Assembly: GCA_022822375.1 (NCBI GenBank)
Contig: JAJEBU010000126.1
Coordinates: forward strand, 2,361-66,360
Source: Dehalococcoidia bacterium
GTDB taxonomy: Bacteria; Chloroflexota; Dehalococcoidia; Bin125
DNA length: 64,000 nucleotides
Direction of reading: 5' to 3'
The position numbers and the translations under genes were made by a program. Below are positions 44,398 through 54,076 of the stretch, one piece after another. Each line of letters begins with the position of its first letter. Position 1 is the stretch's first letter. The notes under the pieces are model-generated. The model saw only the letters and a program-made list of their open reading frames with translations. It was not told the origin of the DNA and searched no databases.

Positions 44398-46887
44398 CTA
44401 GCGCCGCGCGGGGCGTCGACCCCGACTTCCGGATGCGCGGCTTCGTCCGCGCCGTTGCTGCTTTGGTTCCTTCAGCAGTTCGAGCGCGCGTTCGAGGTCA
44501 ATGGTGTCGAGCTCGTCGGTGTCCTTCAGGTTGCGGCGCTCGTCGCCGCAGCTCACGTACGCGCCCCAACGTCCGGGCCTGACCGTGACGTCTTCGCCCA
44601 GCTCCGGATGCTGACCCAACAGCTTGGGCCACTGGAGCCAATCGATCGCGTGCTCGATGTTGACGTCCTCGAGCTCCATGCCCTTTGGGACCGATGCGCG
44701 GCGCGGCTTCGGCTGCCCCTTCTTCGGCCTGCCCATCTGATTACCGACTTGCACGAAGGGGCCGAACCGACCGTTCATCAGCCAGACGTCGTCTTCATAG
44801 TCTGGGTGACGCCCCAGCAGGCGCGGCAGCTGCATGGTGGTTTCCAGTAGCTCGTCCGCCTGGGCGTGGGTGAAGTCCGCGGGCGCGAGATCGTCGGGCA
44901 ATGGCGCGGTACGCGCGTCGTCGCCGCTGCCGCGCCGGATGAACGATCGTCCGCCGCGGACGCGGACCTGAATCTCGTCCGGCTCGGCCTCGTCTCCGCC
45001 GCGGCTGAAGCCGTCCTCGTCGAGCTGCAACGCCCAGAACGGAATCGTGTCGATCTTCTCCGCGACGCGCCGCTTGAGTCCGCTCTCGCCGCCGCCGCTG
45101 CCGAAGTAGAAGTCCTGCAAGTGCTCCTGCGAGTGCGCTTCACCACGCGCAATCTGGTCGAGCGTGTCCTCCATGTCCGCCGTGAACTCGGCGTTGACCA
45201 GGTCAGCGAAGTGCTCGGTGAGCAGATCGCTGACGCCGAATCCGAGGAATGTCGGAATCAACGTGCGGCCGTTGCGCGTGGCGTAGTTGCGATTGGTCAG
45301 CGTCTGGATGATCGCTGCATAGGTGCTCGGTCGGCCGAGTCCGTCATCTTCGAGCTTCTTGACCAGCGATGCTTCGGTGTAACGCGCGGGCGGTTGAGAC
45401 TCGCTGCCGCGTAAGGTCAGCTCGACCAACGGCAGCGGATCACCCTCCGCTACGTCGGGCAGCAGTTGTGGTCCGTCGCCGCGCGGCGGCAGGACGGAGT
45501 ACCAACCCGGGAACAGCACGACCTGGCCGTTGGCGACCATCACCGCGGGCGAGTCGTCGGGCCGCTCCGTCAGCTCGGCGGCGATCTCGACACGGGTGCG
45601 CTCCACCCGCGCATCGGCCATTTGGCTGGCCAACGTCCGCCGCCAGATGAGGTCGTAGAGGCGGAAGTCGTCGTCGTCCAACGTGCCGCGCAGCGATTCC
45701 GGGGTTCGCGATACGTCGGTCGGACGGATCGCCTCGTGTGCTTCCTGGGCGTTGCGCGACTTGGTCTTGTAGGTGCGGAACTGGTGCGATTCCTCGCCAT
45801 AGGTCTTCTGGATGTACTCGGACGCCTGAGCCAGTGCCTGATCTGACAGCGTGACCGAGTCGGTGCGCATGTAGGTGATCAGCCCGGTTCGCTCCCGCCC
45901 GAGATCGATGCCTTGATACAACCGCTGGGCGGCCGCCATCGCCCGAGCCGAGCCCATGCCGAGTCGATTCGAGGCAGCCTGCTGCATCGTGGACGTGGTG
46001 AATGGCGCGGCCGGACGCATCTTCGCCTCGGTCTTGGCCACCGAGCTCACCCGCCACGGCGCGGCCTGCAGGTGCGGCTTCAGGTCGGTCAGCGAGGCCT
46101 CAGTCTCCCAGCGCTTGCGTTCCGCAGAGAGCAGGCCCGTCGCGGGGTCAAAGTCGGACGTGCCGCTCGCCAGGTCAGCGCCGGCCAGCGACTGCAGCTT
46201 GGCTGAGAGCGGCTGCCCGCCGCTGCGAAACTCGCCTTCGGCGCCCCAGTACTCGGCCGAGACGAAGGCCATGCGCTCCCGCTCGCGATCGACCAGAAAC
46301 TTCAGCGCGACGCTCTGCACGCGGCCGGCCGAGGTGCCCTGTCCCAGCTTGCGCCAGAGCACCGGGCTCAGCGAGTACCCGTAGAGACGGTCCAGGATGC
46401 GGCGCGACTCCTGCGCCTCGACGAGGTGCTCGTCGATTGCGCGCGGCGACTCAATCGCTCGTTCGATGGCCGTCGGCGTGATCTCGTGAAACACGATCCG
46501 CTCAAACGGCACCTTCGGCTTCAGCACTTCGACCAGGTGCCAGCCGATCGACTCTCCCTCTCGATCCTCATCGGTCGCGAGCAGCACGCGGTCGGCCTGC
46601 TTCAGTTCCTTGCGCAAGCGAGTGACGTGCTTCTTCGACTCCGACGGCACGATGTAGTAGGGCTCGAAGCCATGGTCGACATCGACCGCGAGGTCGGCCC
46701 ATGGTTGGCCCTTGATCTTCTCAGGACGCTCCGCGGCGCGGCGGGGCAGGTCGCGGATGTGGCCAAAGCAGGCCGTCACGACATACTCATCGTCGAGGAA
46801 CCGTGAAATCGTGTCCGCCTTCGCGCCCGACTCGACAATCACCAGTGTTTTGCCGTCGGACGGTGCGGTCGTGTCAGCGTCGGGCAT
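44398..46887 (-). CDS. topA: DNA topoisomerase I with C-terminal repeats (no zinc ribbons)
   Basis: LVIVES, ATDEDREGE, SAGRVQS, LITYMRTDS, AQEAHEAIRP, GRPSTY; GRFGPF and GRWGAY repeats. Confidence 0.96.
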   Translation of the reverse strand: MPDADTTAPSDGKTLVIVESGAKADTISRFLDDEYVVTACFGHIRDLPRRAAERPEKIKGQPWADLAVDVDHGFEPYYIVPSESKKHVTRLRKELKQADRVLLATDEDREGESIGWHLVEVLKPKVPFERIVFHEITPTAIERAIESPRAIDEHLVEAQESRRILDRLYGYSLSPVLWRKLGQGTSAGRVQSVALKFLVDRERERMAFVSAEYWGAEGEFRSGGQPLSAKLQSLAGADLASGTSDFDPATGLLSAERKRWETEASLTDLKPHLQAAPWRVSSVAKTEAKMRPAAPFTTSTMQQAASNRLGMGSARAMAAAQRLYQGIDLGRERTGLITYMRTDSVTLSDQALAQASEYIQKTYGEESHQFRTYKTKSRNAQEAHEAIRPTDVSRTPESLRGTLDDDDFRLYDLIWRRTLASQMADARVERTRVEIAAELTERPDDSPAVMVANGQVVLFPGWYSVLPPRGDGPQLLPDVAEGDPLPLVELTLRGSESQPPARYTEASLVKKLEDDGLGRPSTYAAIIQTLTNRNYATRNGRTLIPTFLGFGVSDLLTEHFADLVNAEFTADMEDTLDQIARGEAHSQEHLQDFYFGSGGGESGLKRRVAEKIDTIPFWALQLDEDGFSRGGDEAEPDEIQVRVRGGRSFIRRGSGDDARTAPLPDDLAPADFTHAQADELLETTMQLPRLLGRHPDYEDDVWLMNGRFGPFVQVGNQMGRPKKGQPKPRRASVPKGMELEDVNIEHAIDWLQWPKLLGQHPELGEDVTVRPGRWGAYVSCGDERRNLKDTDELDTIDLERALELLKEPKQQRRGRSRASGSRGRRPARR

Positions 46888-47992
46888 AGGTCATCGATCC
46901 TACCTGGTGAATCAGTCCCTTGAGTTCAAGTGTGGCCATCGCGGCGGCGGTCTCGTGGACCGGCTGACCGATCAGCCGCGAGAGCTCGTCGACGTGGATG
47001 GGCTCGGCGCCGATGTGTTGCAACAGCAAGGATTCGACAGGATCCTCGGGCAGTTGTTCGACGAGCTCCGCCTGCCGATCGATCGGGCCGATGTTGAGCT
47101 CCTCGAGGATGTCCTGCGCGGTCATCACCAGCTTGCCCAGCCCGCGCTGGATGACGTGGTTGGCGGCCGTCGACTGGGCGGATGTGATCGGTCCGGGCAC
47201 GGCGAAGACCTCGCGGTTTTGGTCGAGCGCTGCCGTGACTGTATGCCAGGTGCCGGACTTTTCGCCCGCCTCCGTCACGAGTGTGCCCAGCGATACACCA
47301 GCGATGATGCGGTTGCGACGCGGAAAGTACCGTGCGCCTGGCCGAGTGCCGAGCGGGTACTCACTGAGGATGGCGCCGCCGCTGTTCAGAATCTGCTCGG
47401 CGAGCGGCTTGTGATTGGGCGGATAGACGATGTCCAGCCCGCTCGCGACCACGGCGATCGTGCGGCCGCCCTGCTCCAATGCCGTCTCATGCGCGATACC
47501 GTCGACGCCGCGAGCGAGCCCCGACACGATCGTCAGACCCTGTGCGGACAGCTCGGAGGCCAGCGTTCGCGTGACTTGTTTCCCGTAGGCCGTGGGCCGG
47601 CGTGTGCCGACGATGGAGACCGACCACTCGTCGCGGTCCTGCAGCTCGCCTTTCAGGTAGAGCAGCGGCGGCGGATCGGGAATTTCCCGCAGGCGGCGGG
47701 GATAGGCGGGATCATCCACAGTCAGAGCCTGAATGCCAGCCTCGAGATAGCGCTCGTAGGCCTCGGCCGGGTCCAGCTGCTCGCGCGTCGACACGAGCTG
47801 GTCGATCGAGTTGTTGTCCAGGCCGGCGTCGCGCAGCATGCCGCGATCGGCGCGCCAGGCGTCGGACAGGCTGTCGAAGAAGCGCTCCAGCCCGGCCAGG
47901 CGCAGCGGTCCGATGCCCGTCACGTGCGAGAACGCGACGCGGTGGGTGATGTCCTCGGCGGACGCTGGGGTTTGCGGTTGAATGTCGGACAC
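46874..47992 (-). CDS. dprA: DNA-processing protein DprA
   Basis: IVGTR, IVSGLARGVD, FPRRNRII, VFAVPG, C-terminal winged helix. Confidence 0.94.
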   Translation of the reverse strand: MSDIQPQTPASAEDITHRVAFSHVTGIGPLRLAGLERFFDSLSDAWRADRGMLRDAGLDNNSIDQLVSTREQLDPAEAYERYLEAGIQALTVDDPAYPRRLREIPDPPPLLYLKGELQDRDEWSVSIVGTRRPTAYGKQVTRTLASELSAQGLTIVSGLARGVDGIAHETALEQGGRTIAVVASGLDIVYPPNHKPLAEQILNSGGAILSEYPLGTRPGARYFPRRNRIIAGVSLGTLVTEAGEKSGTWHTVTAALDQNREVFAVPGPITSAQSTAANHVIQRGLGKLVMTAQDILEELNIGPIDRQAELVEQLPEDPVESLLLQHIGAEPIHVDELSRLIGQPVHETAAAMATLELKGLIHQVGSMTYARR

Positions 47993-48003
47993 GGGTGCTT
48001 ACG

Positions 48004-49290
48004 TTAGTGGGCGGAGACGCTCTGGTCTGTGGCGGCGGGGTCTTCCGCCACAGCGCGCATTTGTATCACACGACGCCCGTTCATGCGCTCGACGGTGACG
48101 GTGAGGTTGCCGAATTGCACTTCGTCGCCGATGACTGGGATGCGGCCCAGCCGGTCAAAGACCAGCCCGGCGACCGTGTCGTAGTCGGCCGCTTCGACGT
48201 GTCCGCCAATCTGCTCGAGCGCGGCGAGCTGCGCTCGGCCATGCAGCACCAGCGCCCCGTCGACCAGGCGCGCTTCATCATCGTCAGCGCCCGCGGGATC
48301 GTACTCGTCGGCGATCTCACCCACGATCTCTTCCAGGATGTCCTCCAGCGTGATCAACCCGACAGTTCCGCCGTACTCGTCGAGCACCATCGCCATGTGC
48401 ACGCGCGAGCGGCGCAGCTCGTGCAGCAGGTCGTCGATCAGCATCGACTCGGGGACGAGGATCGGCTCGCGGCTGATCTCGTGGACGAGCCGCTCGGCGT
48501 CGGTGCCCTTGAGCATTTCGGCCATCACGTCCTTCGCGTACACGATGCCGGTGATGTAATCGATCGATTCCTCAAAGATCGGCACTCGCGAATAGCCGTG
48601 CTCGAGCAGGAAGTTCGCGGCGTCCGTCAGGCTGGTGTCGTGCGACAGCGCCGCGATGTCGGGTCGAGGCGTCATCGCCTCGCGCACCGAACGGTCGCCG
48701 ATGCTCATGACGCCGCGAATCATCTCGCGTTCGTCGTCTTCGATCTGCTGGTCTTCCTCTTCGATCAGGACTTCGATGTCGGTCGGCTGCGGTGCGACCT
48801 CGGTGTGGCGCCGCCCGACCCCGGTGACGAGGCGCGCGGGCGCCTCGAGGATCGCGGCCGGCCAGAGGAACACCGCATCGAGCAGGTCAATCGCGGGCAC
48901 GAATGCCATCGCGAAGCCTTCCGGCCAGGTCGCCGCCAGTCGGCGCGGCACCGAGTGAATCAATGCCGCCACGATCGCCGACACCAGCCCCGTGACGACC
49001 ATCGTCTCCCACTGAAAGCCGGTCTCGCGGACAACGATGTAGAAGATCGCGGTGAATCCTGACGCCACCGCGACGGTGCGCCCGACGGCGAACGATCCCA
49101 AGGCACGCTCTCGCTCGGCGGTGATCACGGTCAGGCGGTTGGCGCGCGTCGATTCGGGGCGTCGGCTGGCGAGCAATCGCGCGCGGGAACGAGACAGGGA
49201 GATCACGCCCGCCTCGGCGATGGCCTCCAGCGTGAGCAGGACAACCGCCAGTAGCAGGATCAGCAGCGCGATGATCGAGCTATCGCTCAT
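48004..49290 (-). CDS. CNNM/hemolysin-family CBS-domain membrane protein
   Basis: N-terminal TM segments, MTPR, YSRVP, VLDEYGGTVGLITLEDILEEIVGEI.DEYD, CorC-like C-terminus. Confidence 0.9.
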   Translation of the reverse strand: MSDSSIIALLILLLAVVLLTLEAIAEAGVISLSRSRARLLASRRPESTRANRLTVITAERERALGSFAVGRTVAVASGFTAIFYIVVRETGFQWETMVVTGLVSAIVAALIHSVPRRLAATWPEGFAMAFVPAIDLLDAVFLWPAAILEAPARLVTGVGRRHTEVAPQPTDIEVLIEEEDQQIEDDEREMIRGVMSIGDRSVREAMTPRPDIAALSHDTSLTDAANFLLEHGYSRVPIFEESIDYITGIVYAKDVMAEMLKGTDAERLVHEISREPILVPESMLIDDLLHELRRSRVHMAMVLDEYGGTVGLITLEDILEEIVGEIADEYDPAGADDDEARLVDGALVLHGRAQLAALEQIGGHVEAADYDTVAGLVFDRLGRIPVIGDEVQFGNLTVTVERMNGRRVIQMRAVAEDPAATDQSVSAH

Positions 49291-50705
49291 GGTCGCTGCT
49301 CACCATCCTGCTGCGCACGTTGCGGCATCAGCCGCGCCGGATGCCCCACGGCGTTGCCGTCGTCGGGCACGTCCTTGTTGACGACCGACCCGGCCGCTGT
49401 CCGCGCACGGTCGCCGACGCGCACGGGTGCGATCAGCATCGTGTCCGAACCGATGAATACGTCCGCTCCGATCACGGTCGCGTGCTTCTCTGTGCCGTCA
49501 AAGTTGCAGGTCACGGCTCCCGCCCCGATGTTGGTGCGAGGCCCGACCACGGTGTCGCCGACATAACTGAAGTGCCCGAGCTGCACGTCATCACCGAGTT
49601 GGGCCGCTTTCAGCTCGGCATGGGTGCCGATGTGCACTCGATCGCCGATCTCGCATCCAGGCCGGATGGTGGAGTACGGCCCGACCTCAGTGCCCGCGCC
49701 CAGCCTGGACCGTTGAACCGTGCAAGATTCCAGCCGGCTCTCTGGGCCCACACTGGCGTCCTCGATGACGGCGTTGGGACCGATCCGAGCGTTGCGGCCG
49801 ACGATGCTGAATCCGCGTACGTGTGTGCCTGGTTCGATCTCCGCTCCGGACTCGATGCGCGCGGTCGCGTCGATCCAGACAGCGCGCCGATCTCGAATGC
49901 GGACGCCGTCGTTCAGGAGTGAATCGATGATGCGGCCCTGCAGACAGATTTCAGCATCGGCGGCGTCGGACAGCGTCTCGACGTTGAGCCGTCCATTCGG
50001 CGCGCCCACATCGATCGCCGCGGCGGCATCACGAGCCACCGCGATCGGCACGGCGTCTGTCACATACGCCTCCCCGGCTGAGCATGAGACGATCCCATCC
50101 AGCGCGTCCCACAGGAAGTCCGTGCGGAACCGGTAGAGCCCCAGGTTCACCTCACGGACCGCGCGCTGCTCGAGCGAGGCATCGGCAAACTCCACGATTC
50201 CGCGCAGCTCGTCGCGCGAACCGCGAACAAGCCGGCCCATCTTGGCCGGATCGTCGACGTGCGCCGTGGCGATCACGACATCGGCGGTTGGCGCATCAAC
50301 GATCTGCGCGATCTGCTCCGATGTCAGCAGCGGTAGGTCTCCGTTGACGACGACCACGTACGGACTGTCCGCCAGCTGCCTGGCAGACAGCACGGCGTCG
50401 GCGGTGCCGCGTGGTTCGTCCTGGACGGCGAAGGCGAGGGGCATCGCTGGCGCGTCTGAGCGCAGCGCCGCGACGATCTCGGCGCCGCGTTCACTGGGCG
50501 GCGTGACGACGACCGCGCGGTCGATGCCCGCCGCGGCCAACGCGTGCAGCACGTGCGAGGCCATGGCCCGGCCACAGATCGGAAAGAGCGGCTTCGGCGT
50601 CGCCGATTGCAGGCGTCGCCCGCGGCCGGCGGCGAGAACGACCGCCGTCACCTGTGCGCTTCGGGAGATGTGGTCGGATTCTGGCGGATCGTCGTCGGAA
50701 CTCAA
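49287..50705 (-). CDS. glmU: bifunctional UDP-GlcNAc pyrophosphorylase / GlcN-1-P acetyltransferase
   Basis: LAAGRG...PK, GTADAV, NGD.PL, hexapeptide repeats, HFSYVGD, NIGAG..TCNFDG. Confidence 0.93.
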   Translation of the reverse strand: MSSDDDPPESDHISRSAQVTAVVLAAGRGRRLQSATPKPLFPICGRAMASHVLHALAAAGIDRAVVVTPPSERGAEIVAALRSDAPAMPLAFAVQDEPRGTADAVLSARQLADSPYVVVVNGDLPLLTSEQIAQIVDAPTADVVIATAHVDDPAKMGRLVRGSRDELRGIVEFADASLEQRAVREVNLGLYRFRTDFLWDALDGIVSCSAGEAYVTDAVPIAVARDAAAAIDVGAPNGRLNVETLSDAADAEICLQGRIIDSLLNDGVRIRDRRAVWIDATARIESGAEIEPGTHVRGFSIVGRNARIGPNAVIEDASVGPESRLESCTVQRSRLGAGTEVGPYSTIRPGCEIGDRVHIGTHAELKAAQLGDDVQLGHFSYVGDTVVGPRTNIGAGAVTCNFDGTEKHATVIGADVFIGSDTMLIAPVRVGDRARTAAGSVVNKDVPDDGNAVGHPARLMPQRAQQDGEQRP

Positions 50706-50744
50706 GCTCGGCTCCGGTTCAGTCGGACTGGTGACTGTGCCGTA

Positions 50745-50774
50745 ACGCTACGTAGGGATTTTGCGGACTGTCAA
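50745..50774 (-). promoter_or_regulatory. sigma70-type promoter of the glmU operon
   Basis: Minus strand TTGACA-N18-TAGCGT, 39 nt upstream of the ORF start. Confidence 0.6.
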
Positions 50775-50798
50775 TACCCGCTGCGTATACGCTGAGTC

Positions 50799-50862
50799 CG
50801 ACGACGCGGCCAGCAGCGGCGACGATCGCCCAAGTCGAGCGCGGCTGCAGGCTGCGTCGTCG
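50799..50862 (+). promoter_or_regulatory. long hairpin in the alaS 5' leader
   Basis: CGACGACGCGGCC...GGCTGCGTCGTCG (13 bp, one G-U) extended by GCAGC/GCTGC and CGAC/GTCG; begins 5 nt after TACGCT. Confidence 0.5.
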
Positions 50863-50905
50863 CCCATCGGGTGACGAATGAACAGGACACGGCGGTCGCC
50901 GAGCT

Positions 50906-53551
50906 ATGGACGCACAGACGATTCGACAGACATTCACGGATTTTTTCGTACAGCGTGACCATCTCGCGGTGGCGTCGGCGCCGCTGACCGCGCCCGGCGA
51001 CCCGACCCTGCTCTTCACCAGCGCAGGCATGGTTCCCTTCAAGCCGTTCTTCCTGGGCGAAGCGCAACCTCCGCATCACCGCCTCACGAGCATCCAGAAG
51101 TGCTTCCGAACCACCGATATCGACGAGGTCGGCGACGCCTCGCATCTGACGATGTTCGAGATGCTGGGCAACTTCTCGCTGGGTGACTACTTCAAGGCCG
51201 AGGCGCAGGCCTGGGCATGGGAACTGGTCACCGACGTGATCGGCATTCGACCCGAGCGGCTCGTCGCGACGGTCTTCACCGATGATGACTTCGCCTACGA
51301 CCAGTGGAAGAAGATCGGCTTGCCCGATTCGAAGATCTATCGCTACGGCGAAGATCAGGGCAACTTCTGGGCCGCAGGACCGACTGGGCCGTGCGGCCCG
51401 TGCTCGGAACTGCATTACGACATGCGCCCGGGCTACCGCGACGACGCGGGACCAGCCGACGCCGAAGAGAAGTGGCTGGAGATCTGGAACCTGGTCTTCA
51501 TGCAATGGACCCGCTTCGACGACGGCCGCCGCGAAGACCTCCCCGCTCAGAGCATCGACACGGGTGCCGGGCTCGAGCGCTGGGCGATGATGCTGCAAGA
51601 CGAGGACAATCTGTACGACACTGACCTCTTCGCGCCGCTGCTGGACTACATCGGCGGCCGCTGTCAGCTCGAGTATCACGGGGCCAGCGAGTTGCAGCGG
51701 CGCGCGATGCGCGTCGTCGCCGAGCACGGCCGAGCGATGACGTTCCTGATCGCCGACGGCGCAATGCCCGGCAACGAGGGCCGCGGATACGTGCTGCGCC
51801 GTCTCATCCGGCGAGCCCTCTACATGGCCGATTCGCTAGGCATCGCTGACGACTTGCTGGCCGATCTCGCCGTCGAGGTACGCAGCGGGATGGGCGCCTG
51901 GTATCCAGAACTGATCGAGCATGCGGCGCTCGTCGCCAACGTCCTGAACCAGGAAGAACACCGCTTCCGACGCACGCTCTCAACCGGGCGCGCCCTGCTG
52001 GAGGACCGGCTCGCAGCCTCGGGCGGCGCAGTCAGCGGGCAGGACGCATTCGAGCTGTACGACACCTACGGTCTGCCCTTCGAGGTCACGGCGGAAGTCG
52101 CACGCGACCGCGGCGCGCTCGTGGATGAGGCGCATCTCCGCGCGCAGTTCGACAGTGCGCTGGAAGAACAGCGCCAGCGATCCCGCCAGCAGGCCGCCTT
52201 CCGCTACGACGAAGACGCCGCCCGCTACGCAGAGCTTGAATCGGCGACCGAGTTCACCGGCTACGACTCGGTCGAGTCTGAGTCACGGATCGTCGCCATC
52301 GTCGCTGGCGGTGAGCGCGTCGCGCGAGCAGCGACCGGCGAGGAAGTCAGTGTCGTCCTGGACCGCACTCCGTTCTATCCCGAAGGCGGCGGCCAAGTCG
52401 GCGACGCCGGCTGGCTGCGCGGCCGCGATCTGCAAGTGGACATCGAGGACACCCGCGCCTTCGGCGACGTCATCGCCCACGTGGGCACCGTCGCATCTGG
52501 CGGCCTGGCCGTCGGCGATCAGGTGACGGCCAGCGTCAGCAACGGCCGCCGCGACGACGCGGCGCGCAACCATACCGCGACGCATCTGCTGCACGCGGCG
52601 TTGCGGCAGGTGCTCGGCGATCATGTGCGACAGGCCGGCTCGCTCGTCGCGCCCGATCACTTGCGCTTCGATTACACGCAGCCCGAGCCGCCGGCCGCCG
52701 CCGACCTGCGAGCTGTGCAACAGCTCGTCCAGGAGCGGATCCGCGACAACATCCCCGTCGCAACGTCGGAGATGGCGTACGACGACGCGCTCAAGACTGG
52801 TGCGATGGCCATCTTTGGCGAGAAGTACGAGACCGATGTGCGTGTGGTCGAGATCTGCGATCCCGCGCCGCATGTCCACGACTGCTTCTCGAAAGAGCTG
52901 TGCGGCGGTACCCACGCGCCTGCCACGGGCTTCGTCGGCGCATTCCAGATCGTCTCCGAAGGCAGCGTGGGGGCCGGCGTGCGCCGCATCGAGGCCCTGA
53001 CCGGCGCCGCCGCGTCCGCCTGGACCGACGCTCGCATTGATGCGTTGGCCGAGATTGCCGCGAACGTCCGAGCCACGCCCGACAGCGCCGCCGAACGGAT
53101 CGCGCAGCTGCAGTCGGAGGCCGCCGATCTGCGCCGCCGACTACAAGCGATCGAAGCGCAGTCGGGCGCGAACGCGGCTGAATCGATCGCCGAAGGCGCG
53201 GTCGCCGTTGGATCGGTCGCGGTCGCGGTTGGACGCGCTGATGTGGAGTCCGCCGACATGCTGCGCCGCACCGGCGACGAAGTGCGCAAACGCCTGCTCG
53301 GCGACGGTCGTGAGGCCGTGGTGGTGCTCGGCGCGGTCGCCAATGATCGGCCGCTCTTCGTGGCGATGGCGACGGACGGGGCGGTTGCTGCGGGCGTCAA
53401 CGCGGGACAGCTGATTGGCGGCGTCGCTCGTGTCGCGGGTGGCGGCGGCGGGGGCAAGGCCGATATGGCACAAGCCGGCGGCCGAGACGCCGCAAAGCTC
53501 GACGACGCGCTCGCTGCAGCCCTCCCTGCTGTCCAGGAGCAGTTGGGATAG
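50906..53551 (+). CDS. alaS: alanine-tRNA ligase
   Basis: DPTLLFT.AGM, FEMLGNFS, GPCGPCSE, EIWNLVFMQ, NHTATHLLH, ELCGGTH, GGGGG. Confidence 0.97.
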   Translation: MDAQTIRQTFTDFFVQRDHLAVASAPLTAPGDPTLLFTSAGMVPFKPFFLGEAQPPHHRLTSIQKCFRTTDIDEVGDASHLTMFEMLGNFSLGDYFKAEAQAWAWELVTDVIGIRPERLVATVFTDDDFAYDQWKKIGLPDSKIYRYGEDQGNFWAAGPTGPCGPCSELHYDMRPGYRDDAGPADAEEKWLEIWNLVFMQWTRFDDGRREDLPAQSIDTGAGLERWAMMLQDEDNLYDTDLFAPLLDYIGGRCQLEYHGASELQRRAMRVVAEHGRAMTFLIADGAMPGNEGRGYVLRRLIRRALYMADSLGIADDLLADLAVEVRSGMGAWYPELIEHAALVANVLNQEEHRFRRTLSTGRALLEDRLAASGGAVSGQDAFELYDTYGLPFEVTAEVARDRGALVDEAHLRAQFDSALEEQRQRSRQQAAFRYDEDAARYAELESATEFTGYDSVESESRIVAIVAGGERVARAATGEEVSVVLDRTPFYPEGGGQVGDAGWLRGRDLQVDIEDTRAFGDVIAHVGTVASGGLAVGDQVTASVSNGRRDDAARNHTATHLLHAALRQVLGDHVRQAGSLVAPDHLRFDYTQPEPPAAADLRAVQQLVQERIRDNIPVATSEMAYDDALKTGAMAIFGEKYETDVRVVEICDPAPHVHDCFSKELCGGTHAPATGFVGAFQIVSEGSVGAGVRRIEALTGAAASAWTDARIDALAEIAANVRATPDSAAERIAQLQSEAADLRRRLQAIEAQSGANAAESIAEGAVAVGSVAVAVGRADVESADMLRRTGDEVRKRLLGDGREAVVVLGAVANDRPLFVAMATDGAVAAGVNAGQLIGGVARVAGGGGGGKADMAQAGGRDAAKLDDALAAALPAVQEQLG

Positions 53552-53560
53552 GGCCCGACG

Positions 53561-54076
53561 GTGCGCACGGCGGCCGAAGGTTGCATCATCGGGATCGATC
53601 CCGGTGAACGCTGGGTCGGTGTCGCCCGCGCCGCGCCGGGCACTTCACTGGCGCTGCCCGTCGGCACGCTCGACCGTCGGCAGGGCGATGACTTGCTCGT
53701 GCAGATGCTCCACCGCCTGCTCGGCGGCGAGGCCGTCGCGACCCTCGTGGTCGGCGTCCCGCTGCGTCCCGACGGACGTGAAGACGTGCAGGCGTCCGCA
53801 TTTCGACAGTTCGGAGAGTGGCTCGCAACTTCGATTGGCGCTGAATGCGTCCCGCAGGACGAGCGGTTCTCGAGCGAGCCCGCACCGACGCCGCAATCGC
53901 CTCCACACGGCCGCAAGGCGCGCGCCAGCGGACGCAAGAGCGTCCAGCGGCAGCGGCGCGAGCGAGAGCGATCACACGCGGCCGCGGCAGCCCGCATCCT
54001 GCAGCGCTGGATCGACATCCACGACGGCGCTCAGGCCCGTGCCGCCGTCGTCGCGAGCGGGGACCAATGCTGCTGA
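53561..54076 (+). CDS. ruvX: YqgF/RuvX family RNase H-like nuclease
   Basis: GIDPG.RWVGVA, VVGVPL, DERFSS; alaS-ruvX-mltG synteny. Confidence 0.85.
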   Translation: MRTAAEGCIIGIDPGERWVGVARAAPGTSLALPVGTLDRRQGDDLLVQMLHRLLGGEAVATLVVGVPLRPDGREDVQASAFRQFGEWLATSIGAECVPQDERFSSEPAPTPQSPPHGRKARASGRKSVQRQRRERERSHAAAAARILQRWIDIHDGAQARAAVVASGDQCC

